The notes under the pieces were generated by a model. That model did no database searches. It was given only the letters and a program-made list of their open reading frames with translations, and had not been told where the DNA came from. Shown here one piece after another: positions 53,131 to 64,000 of a stretch of DNA of 64,000 nt (position 1 is its first letter; each line of letters opens with the position of its first letter). The stretch is taken from the NCBI RefSeq assembly GCF_006345805.1, contig NC_043011.1, forward strand, positions 16,504,464 through 16,568,463. The letters are read 5' to 3'. Made by a program: the position numbers and the translations under genes. The stretch comes from Octopus sinensis (Eukaryota).

Positions 53131-53221
53131 TATATATATACATACATACATATATATATATATATGAATGTATATGTGTATGTATGTGTATGTATACGTG
53201 TGTGTGTGTGTGTATTTAAGC

Positions 53222-55000
53222 GAATGATAAAAACATTCGTAAAGCAACACAGTAGCAGTAGAAGGAACCTTATCTCCTTTCGTTTTAACTCAAATCACAG
53301 GAGTCTAAAGTCTAAAGGCGGCAACCCATAACAGTTCATGTGTGGGTGCAGACGAAAACGGAGCAAAATCCAATAATTCATGCAGAAACAAACTCAATTA
53401 GCATAAAACACATCCTGACAGTACGACAGGAAGAATAGAACAAAATAGAACGGCAAAGCAAAGAAAGATTTTTAAAGAGAAGACAACAAGGTAGAGGGTA
53501 CGACATCTATGTTAAACGTTTCAACAACGTTTCATATCTTATAAGAAACAGAAAATCAGGAAGCTAACCATGATACTGGCTGACAACTAGGTCCCGAAAT
53601 ACATAGAAAATGCTTTCAGTTGACATTATGATTCCGTTGGATCAATACAGTTCACACATAGGCGCAGGAGTGGCTGTGTGGTAAGTAGCTTGCTAACCAA
53701 CCACATGGTTCCGAGTTCAGTCCCACTGCGTGGCACCTTGGGCAAGTGTCTTTTGCTATAGCCTCGGGCCGACCAAAGCCTTGTGAGTGGATTTGGTAGA
53801 CGGAAACTGAAAGAAGCCTGTCGTATATATGTATATGTATATATATGTATGTATGTGTGTGTTTGTGTGTCTGTGTTCGTCCCCCTAGCATTGCTTGACA
53901 ACCGATGCTGGTCTGTTTACGTCCCCGTCACTTAGCGGTTCGGCAAAAGAGACCGATAGAATAAGTACTTGGCTTACAAAGAATAAGTCCCGGGGTCGAT
54001 TTGCTCGACTAAAGGCGGTGCTCCAGCATGGCCGCAGTCAAATGACTGAAACAAGCAAAAGAGTAAAAGAGTAACTGGAAACTCTCCATCCAACAAAATA
54101 GAATAATAGTAATACGGGGTGCAATTGACTCACTGAACAAAAACAAATTCCTTCAGGCAACAGGTGTTCTAAACACAAACGAGAACAGAAAAACAAATAT
54201 GTTAGAAAATGTCAAAAAATACTGAACCAGCGGTGCCAAATATGATAAATCTTTTACAATGAAAACTTAAAAAATGAAATAAAACTTTAGTAATATGGAC
54301 TTAAATTCACACTTACTTTAAAACTGACACAAGAAATCTTACAAAGGATATTGAAGAATACTGAAAAAGCTTCGACTCCTTCCAGGAGAAATATTACGAA
54401 TGTTCATCACTTGTAAAAAACAAAACAGATTTGTGTGTGTGGAAGCACTCCGTCGGTTACGACGACGAGGGTTCCGGTTGATCCGAATCAACGGAACAGC
54501 CTGCTCGTGAAATTAACGTGTAAGTGGCTGAGCACTCCACAGACACGTGTACCCTTAACGTAGTTCTCGGGGATATTCAGCGTGACACAGACAGTGACAA
54601 GGCCGGCCCTTTGAAATACAGGTACAACAGAAACAGGAAGTAAGAGTGAGAGAAAGTTGTGGGGAAAGAGTACAGCAGGGATCAGAACCATCCCCTGCTC
54701 GAGCCTCGTGGAGCTTTAGGTGTTTTCGCTCAATAAACACTCACAACGCCCGGTCTGGGAATCGAAACGGCGATCCTATGACCGCGAGTCCGCTGCCCTA
54801 ACCACTGGGCCATTACGCCTCCAAAACAGATTTAAACACCAAGGAAAAAAATATTATGTATTTGAAAAGAACATCAAACCTAAATATTCCAATAAAGCGC
54901 AAAAAGAAAGCATTAAAATTAATACGAAAGAAGTAAAACATCTCTATAGTCAGAAAGGTACAGATGAAGGAAAGGCAGGGTAACAATGGACAAGCTTCTT
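53222..55000 (+). pseudogene. Decayed Penelope-like ORF (region N-terminal to the RT) interrupted by two SINE insertions
   Basis: NEIKL**YGLKF at about 54275-54308 and TDEGKA(V)VTMDK at about 54960-54994 resemble the PLE motifs LLxxGLKF and ADKGxxVVxMD; A-rich sense strand. Confidence 0.5.
54441..54822 (-). mobile_element. SINE family C with a tail different from the 15844 copy
   Basis: Head GGAGGCGTAATGGCCCAGTGG..GTTTCGATTCC on the minus strand. Confidence 0.85.
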
Positions 55001-55126
55001 TAGTGTAATAATTTTAAAACAACTAAATGACATTTAGTTGTAGTAGAAGACACCTTCCCAAGGTGAGACTGAACCCGGAATTATATGGATGGGAAACAAA
55101 CTCCTTGCCACACAGCCATTCCCGCG

Positions 55127-56103
<977 letters not shown>

Positions 56104-56104
56104 A

Positions 56105-56150
<46 letters not shown>

Positions 56151-56159
56151 CAAAATTAC

Positions 56160-56373
56160 ACTAACATCGGTTGTCATGCGATGCTGGGGGCGGGCTTCTT
56201 TCAGTTTCTGTCTACCAAATCCACTCGCAAGGATTTGGTCGGCCCGTGGCTATAGTAGAAGACACCTTCCCATGGTGTGACTGAACCCGGAATCATATGG
56301 TAGAGAATCAAACTTCTTACCAAACAGCCATTCCTGCATCTCTCTCACTCTGTATAAATATATATATATATAT

Positions 56374-56441
<68 letters not shown>

Positions 56442-56592
56442 GACGGGCTTCTTTTAGTTTCCGTCTACCAAATCCAGTCAAAAGGATTTAGTCAACTTGA
56501 GGCTACAGTAGAAGACTCTTGTTCAAAGTACCACGCAGATGGATTGAACCTGGAACCATGTGGTAGGGAACGAACGTCTTACCACACAGCAA
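56160..56592 (-). mobile_element. Two SINE family B 5' fragments separated by (TA)n
   Basis: CGGGCTTCTT..GTTTC.GTCTACCAAATCCA..; CTTACCA.ACAGC. Confidence 0.75.
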
Positions 56593-57162
56593 TTCCATTG
56601 GATTTGTTCAATGAAATATATAATATATTTTTTCCGCTGGTGAGGACATTTCTCTTCCTTTTCAACATTTTAAAGTTACGATATCTAAAGAACAATAAAT
56701 CGGAATTTTATATTAGCTACTTGAATTTGGCATTTAGCATAAATGTAGATTCCATAATGGCCAGAAATATTTTGTGCTTATAAGGAAACCTTTGTTCATC
56801 AACCTCAAGTAAAATAATTTGCTCGGTAAAACAACATAAATTCTAGCTCTTATTAATTGGTAATCATAGTGAAACAATTTGCCCTCAGCAATAAAATTAA
56901 TTACACATTTCACAATCCGCCATCGGAAAGTAATTACAACAATACAATATGGTGTCCTCTGAATGGTAAATGGTTCAGAATGATAGTAATCTACCAAATC
57001 AATATACTCTCACCTGATACTATTGACGAAGATTATAATTAGACGCTCAGAACATATTTTGAAGGCAACATTCAGTTTTGCTGAAACAACCTCAGTCGAA
57101 GTGCATGTGCAGCATGAGACAGACTCACAATACGTTACAACGTATTTAAACTGGAAGATGTT

Positions 57163-57590
57163 GCAGGAGTGGCTGTGTGGTAAGTAGCTTGTTTACCAAC
57201 CACATTGTTCCGGGTTCAGTTCCACTGCGTGGCAACTTGGGCAAGTGTCTTCTACTATAGCCTCGGGCCGACCAAAGCCTTGTGAGTTGATTTGGTAGAC
57301 GGAAACTGAAAGAAGCCCGTCGTATATATGTGTATATATATATATATATGTGTGTGTATGTGTGTGTGTGTGTATGTGTGTGCATGCATGTTTGTGTGTC
57401 TCTGTTTGTTCCCCTAGCATTGCTTGACAACCGATGCTGGTGTGTTTATGTCCCCGTCACTTAGCGGTTCGGCAAAAGAGACCGGTAGCATAAGTACTGG
57501 GCTTACAAAGAATAAGTCCCGGGGTTGATTTGCTCGATTAAAGGCGGTGCTCCAGCATAGCCGCAGTCAAATGACTGAAACAAGTAAAAG
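57163..57590 (+). mobile_element. Full-length SINE family B
   Basis: Head, CORE-like block, (TG)n spacer and tail CAAATGACTGAAACAAGTAAAAGAG. Confidence 0.9.
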
Positions 57591-57877
57591 AGTATACACT
57601 TAATTGAAAAGATTACTTCGCTTACTGCTCATCCTGTGATTTTGAGGCTGCCTCCAATTAACATGGAGACGGAAACCCTTTTAGTTTTATTTATCATTTT
57701 TTTTATTTATTTACTGTTGTTCCCTTTACCAGAATTCGAAATTGCAATTACAACTAAAGTAGAAGGCGCCTCTTTGAACATAGTTCATCAAAAGCTTAAT
57801 CTGCAGATGCTACTGACATTTACTTCCAGCAGAATTATCTACAGCAAAAATACATCAAATATGCGTCATGTTTGTAT

Positions 57878-58825
57878 ATAGAAGAATGGGCTGAAAATTC
57901 ATAGGCGGACTATGGAGTGAAGCTACAGCAGGGAAATCCTATATGCATTAACTTCATCATTTCTCATTAATAATTTCATTGTTTCGTTCCAAGCAAACTA
58001 ACATCTAACTGTGCAAAGAAGACTTCAAGTGTAAATCGTAGCGACAAAATTCGACATCCTTGTGTTATCATGTACATGCAGAAAAGTGGTTTAGCTTCAA
58101 ACGATATTCATGCTGACACTGTTGCTACGTTAGTGAATGAGGCTCTACGTTTCTCAGCAGTGCAAAAGTAGGAACTTGAATTATTGTAGATGCTGGACGT
58201 CCTGCAACTGCCGCTACAGAGGAAAATATTGATCATGTTCACCACATGGCGATGAGTAACAATTGGTTGTTACTGACATCCCATGAAAGATTTGAGAATA
58301 TTTTGCACAATGAAATTAGCTTGACGATGGTTTCTGCTCGATGACTCTCATGTCATCTGACATCCGATCGAAAACACACTAAGTTGATCACATCACGGGA
58401 AAATCTGTCATTGTTTGAGGCAGATCCAGCTGATTTCCTGGAACGTTTCATAACCCAGGATGAGCGTGTGCCAGAGACAAAACGACAATCCACGCAGTGG
58501 AAACATCCCTCCTCACCTGCTCCAAAGAAGGCCAAGGTCGTTTCATGAGCAGGGAAGCTGATGGCCTGAATTTCGAGGGATGTAAAAAGCATTGTGTTTA
58601 CTGATTATCTTCAAAAGAGCCACCACCATCAATGGATAGCACTCTGCCTATGTGCTGAACCAGATACAGAAGGCTATCGAGACCAAATCCCCAGAAAAAC
58701 TAACGAAAGAGGCCTTGCTTTTCATCAGGACAATTCTCCAGCACACAAATAGCTGCTGTGCGTGACTGTTGATCTGAACTGCTTGATCTCCTAATTTGGC
58801 CCCATTTGACATTCATCTGTAATTT
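57878..58825 (+). pseudogene. Decayed mariner element (TIR remnant plus transposase)
   Basis: Translates to ..ENLSLFEADPADFLERFITQDE..ETKRQSTQWKHPSSPAPKKAKVVS*AGKLMA..F..DYLQK..FHQDN.PAH..P.LAP.D.HL; same family as 5270-5650. Confidence 0.9.
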
Positions 58826-59060
58826 ATATTTTTTGCACTTACATATGGATATATGCCTATATATATGTACGCACTTATTAACCTATTTTTTTCAATGTTT
58901 TGCATATGTTTAGAAGTGGCTGTGTGGCAAGAAATTTGCTACCTAACCACATGGTTGCGGATACAGTTCCACTGAGTGTCAACCTTTGCAAGTATTTCCT
59001 TCTGAGGCCTCGAGCCGACCAAAGTCTTAGTAGACCGAAATTTGAAGCCAATCGCATTGA

Positions 59061-59095
<35 letters not shown>

Positions 59096-60659
59096 TTTGG
59101 GGATTTGATTTGCAAAATTATTTATGTAAGTTCGGGTGTTGAAGCATATTCAATACACAATCTAGGTGTAATATTTCTAACGTCTGATTGACTGATCTGC
59201 TAATTGAGTTTGTATTATGCTGTTAATAAGCAAATTTTAAACCGACGAAATTGAAAAATAACATCTATGGACATAAACTATTTATTATAAATAAAACTTT
59301 TCCATCATAAAAATTTCTGTCCCTGATCAAGTGGCTACGTTTTTTTCTTTAATCGTATTCGTAATGACAGTTGAAGTATTTTTACACGTTCTCTCGAAAT
59401 AGAATCAAAGTGATGTACTTGTATCACTATACGATCTATATCAATTCTTGTTCAGCTAGTCTATTCACTTATGTACACCAATCTATACGTACATAAAGAT
59501 ACACATTCATATACATATATATATACACATATAGACATATACGTATACTTAAATGCATACATATACATAAATGCATACTGCGTATTTAGATACACCCACC
59601 CACGCACATATGCACAACAGCTTCTTATTAGTGGCTGGTTATAAGAAACAAGTGACAACTATACTTGTAACATGCATGTGATGGTGAAATACTTGAATTT
59701 GAAATTGAAATTCTGAAGTGTATTGAATGATTTCAAATGAAACACGACTGGAAATTGCAACAATTGTCTTTATTGCATTTGTTTTTCATTCACTACTGTG
59801 TCCAACTTCTTTATTGAAACTTACTTTTTTGCGTTCGAATGCTACAAGGAACGATATTGGATTTGTCTTTCTGGAACTGCAAATATGTATGCTACAGTGT
59901 TGTGAAGTAAAAGAAGTGGCTAATGATATTATTAGACCAAAATGTGCCATACACAATGCAGTGCTCAAAAAGTTCCAAAGAAATTTATATTTCTCTCTGA
60001 AACGGAGAAAGGAGAAATAAAAGTACTTAATGGCAGCAGTCAGTGACTCCCAAAATGAAAACGAAATTAGAAATTAAATTTGTGGGTCATAAATTAAGGT
60101 GTAATATGCACACGCTTCTGTGCTTTAGTTATCCACAGCATAGTACAGTCTAAATAACTCTGCTCTTAACGGAGATAGATTTTCTTATATATAGAAGAAC
60201 AAAAAAGTTACGAATTATTTTTGATCACTATAACTCCTTCTTTTGCTGGTTTTGTTCTTTTGACAGCTGGGTTGCTATGAAGGGCTTCTGCAATCAAGTG
60301 TGGAGGAAATCTGTTTATGAACGTGTACACCTCCCCCCACATCCAAACACACACTAAGACAATTACAGACTCTTACATACATATGTGTATGAGCGTGCGT
60401 GTATATATATAAACATGGAGCAAGAACGCAACAGACAACTATAAAACATCCAGACAGGTAGACGATACGAAGACAAACAGGAGAAAACAAGGACGGGCCA
60501 TTCGTGGTCTTCTCTTCTCAGTCAGGTTTCCAGATTATCCTTACAGTTTGGGCCGATTACACTTGAGACTTCAAATCTGGCTGGCTCCAACATTCTAAGA
60601 CAAAGACAAATCACCTTCCTGGGTTAAAATGGTAGTAACGTCTGTTGCTACAGAAAGGG

Positions 60660-60714
60660 TATGTTGAAGTAATGAAAAGAATTATATGTATATATATTAT
60701 ATATATATTATATC

Positions 60715-60750
<36 letters not shown>

Positions 60751-60765
60751 TTGTTGTGCATATAA

Positions 60766-60796
<31 letters not shown>

Positions 60797-60962
60797 CATA
60801 TATATATACATATATATATATATACATCTATATATATATATACATTTATATATAGATATTTATATATAGATATATACATCTATATATATATATATGTATA
60901 TATATATATAATATATATATATATATACATCTATATATATATATATACATACATATATATAG

Positions 60963-61002
<40 letters not shown>

Positions 61003-61029
61003 TATAGATATATATATATATATATACAC

Positions 61030-61076
<47 letters not shown>

Positions 61077-61095
61077 ATATCTATATATATATATA

Positions 61096-61153
<58 letters not shown>

Positions 61154-61160
61154 ATATATG
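60660..61160. repeat. Long compound (TA)n/(TG)n microsatellite
   Basis: Seen directly. Confidence 0.95.
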
Positions 61161-61824
61161 TATAATACATACACATACACGACTGATTTCCGCAAAGTTT
61201 AAGTTGAGCACTTGAATTAGGCTACGCTCCAGGATTGACCCTGAAAATACACGTATGTGTGTGGAGCAAACTCTTTAAGTACATACACCTGTTCGTTCCA
61301 TAAACATTCATAATTAAAATTAGAATGTGATAAGAGAAATAATTCAAATAAGATCATGATATGAATTTGAACATAAGCTGTGATGTACTGATGGATGTCT
61401 AAAAAAGTTCTTGATTGGCTGAGGAAATGAAAGAAAATGCCAATAGCAATTCGGTACATATTATTTAAGTAAAGCTGAACAGGATATTAAGTAATATATA
61501 CTGGCTTGCAAGCATTAAGTTTTCAACTACAGAAGGGTATTTTTGTACAATGAATGATGTACAGATATCCAACTGCCATCGTCAGGACCTTTAGGCGAAA
61601 TGAAATATTCAACAGTAGTCGGAATTCACCGGCATTCTTCTCTGTCTACCCGTTAGCTGGGTAGATGAATAGTTTCCATTATAATCAATTTTTATAGCTG
61701 GTAAAATAGTTAAATGACTAAAACATAAATACTTTACACCAATTGTCTGGCTTCATGAACTGCGTATAGAAATAATAGTTTTCACAATCTTTGTATGTGT
61801 GTTTGTATGTGCATATACTATATA

Positions 61825-61984
61825 TGGAGTGACTGTGTGGTAAGTAGCTTGTTTACCAACCACATGGTTCCTGGTTCAGTCCCACTGCGGGGCTTCTTGG
61901 GCAAGTGTCTTCTACTATAGCCTCGGGCCGACCAAAGCCTTGTGAGTGGATTTGGTAGACGGAAACTGAAAGAAGCCCGTTGTA

Positions 61985-62025
<41 letters not shown>

Positions 62026-62257
62026 TATATATGCGCGTGTGTGTGTTTGTGTGTCTGTGTTTGTCCCCCTAGCATTGCTTGACAACCGATGCTGGTGTGT
62101 TTATATCCCCGTTACCTAGCGGTTCAGCAAAAGAGACCGATAGAATAAGTACTGGGCTTACAAAAGAATAAGTCCCGGGGTCGAGTTGCTCGATTAAAGG
62201 CGGTGCTCCAGCATGGCCGCAGTCAAATGACTGAAAACAAGTAAAAGAGTAAAAGAG
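61825..62257 (+). mobile_element. Full-length SINE family B
   Basis: As for 57163. Confidence 0.9.
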
Positions 62258-62308
<51 letters not shown>

Positions 62309-63389
62309 ATAGTATTATGCACGTATGTATGTTTATGTACATATGTGTATATACTATGTTTTTACAAGAAAAGGGCCGATAGTAACTTCGAAGTTTCGGA
62401 TTAATAACCTTCATAGAATTGTCTCATGAAGGCTGGCAGGCCGAGACTTCGAAGTCACTACCATTTCTTGTAAAAGTATAATAATCACGTGGTCTACAAA
62501 ACGTATTCAGAACACTAATAAAATAATTTTTGTATAACTTTACATAAAAGTATATTTGTATATGTATGAGTGTGTATACATAAATATATGCATACAAGTG
62601 TATATATGAAAACGCATATCCGAGTACTTAGCACATGCTAAGTTACTGACGATAAAATTGCGGTCTCGATTTCTAGACCAGGTAGCACAACCTTACGTCA
62701 TGTTGCTTTTGTGTTCTCAGCTGAAAATGAGGTCCAGCTGATTGATGCAGAAGACGTCCCTCCCTTCACCTATCACATCCACGTTGTTCTCTTGAATCAA
62801 TAGTGGGAGGAAGGTCAAGAGTACAACTATCTCTTTGCGTGGATATACAGGTGCCTAAAAATTGCATGATACAAGTTCGCCTGTCGCTTGTGAGTAATGG
62901 CTAAGATATTTTATTATATTTTAGTGTGTGCTGACGCCCATTTATATATATATATGCGTGTGTGCGAGTCTATACGTGTGTGTATACGTAAATGAAATTT
63001 CCCCGCTTGCGATCAACTCATCTCTACACTCGGGAGGTAATTCATTCTTTGCTAACGATTCATATAACAAGGTTTCCGACAAAAGTACAACGGAGAATTG
63101 ATGATGTATCCATTGAACTTAGCTGAGTGTTACTCGTTTTTCTGAGGTCCGCAAACGATCACTTTCTTAAGGTAAATTCATGGTAGTAGCTGCATATGTC
63201 GTTATTGTGTAAACCGAGTGCATTGTTTAGTTATAGTTCCAACTTCATTTATAAGGTGCTTAGTTATAGTGTCCGGCTGATTTCTCTAAGTTTTGCAGTG
63301 ATACACAAAGACTTGTGAATATAGAAGCATTTCCGGGAATTGCATTCTTTCGCTTCACTAACATTGAAGTACAAGTGATATAATTACAT

Positions 63390-63569
63390 CTGATAGACCG
63401 TTAGCCACTACACACATTATTTTCTCTCCTTGTTTTTTTCTGTGTCCCTTTCTGTAGAAGAGCGTAGCCTCGAAACGTAAAAGACTTTTTCTATTCCTGA
63501 GCATTATAGTAATACATCTGTTTGTTTTGTACACCACCTGTCTTCGTCTTTTGCTTTTTCGTAAGCTCT

Positions 63570-63643
<74 letters not shown>

Positions 63644-64000
63644 CTTATTTCGCTCTCGCGTCTCATGTTTGATCTTTGACCTCTGGCCGAAATCAGATCG
63701 CCATGTTGATTCGTTAGCTACTGCACGCATTTTTTTCTCTCCTTCTTTCTGTGTTTTTTTTCTCTCTGTGTATCTTTCTGTTGAAGAGCGTAGGCTCGAA
63801 ACGTTAAAGACTTGTTTTATTTATATTTCCTGAGCGCCATACCAATACAATTGTTCGTTTGTTTTCCACCTGCCTTCGTCTTTTGTCTATTTTCATAAAG
63901 CTTCCCGTTATATATATATATACACATATATATTACTAGTCGCCATGATAGATCGTTAACCACTACACACATTATTTTCTCTCCTTGTTCTTTCTGTGTC
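63390..64000 (+). mobile_element. Tandem run of repeat family H1 units (2 complete plus the start of a third) separated by (TA)n
   Basis: Hammerhead-like motifs at 63448-63483 and 63774-63809. The third unit starts at about 63940 and is cut by the window end. Confidence 0.85.

Noticed and set aside
56734-56997. 87-aa minus ORF with a faint MATH-like SEPFTI
   Set aside because: Similarity is too weak and the neighbouring splice signals imply an implausible 23-nt intron.

Overview
This is AT-rich, microsatellite-dense eukaryotic DNA. The SINE families look like those I recall from Octopus (coleoid cephalopod), which is an inference. I recognise no intact protein-coding gene, and most ORF-track entries are translated (TA)n/(CA)n/(AAT)n/(CTT)n microsatellites or antisense SINE frames. 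Supported content: many copies of at least four tRNA-derived SINE families, including a head-to-tail array at 22.8-23.6 kb; decayed mariner transposases; several MITEs; a Tx1/L1-like LINE 3' fragment; a CR1-like fragment; Penelope-like element (PLE) remnants; and local duplications. There are also a few unproven exon and promoter candidates. The most striking pattern is about a dozen type I hammerhead-ribozyme-like motifs (stem I - CUGANGA - stem II - GAAA - palindromic stem III - NUH - stem I) from several unrelated repeat families. They occur in the arms of large fold-back inverted repeats, one with a GIY-YIG C-terminus between its arms; in a tandem short repeat with a variant core; and in the 3' part of a tRNA-headed SINE. 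All folds were read by eye and need computational and biochemical confirmation.
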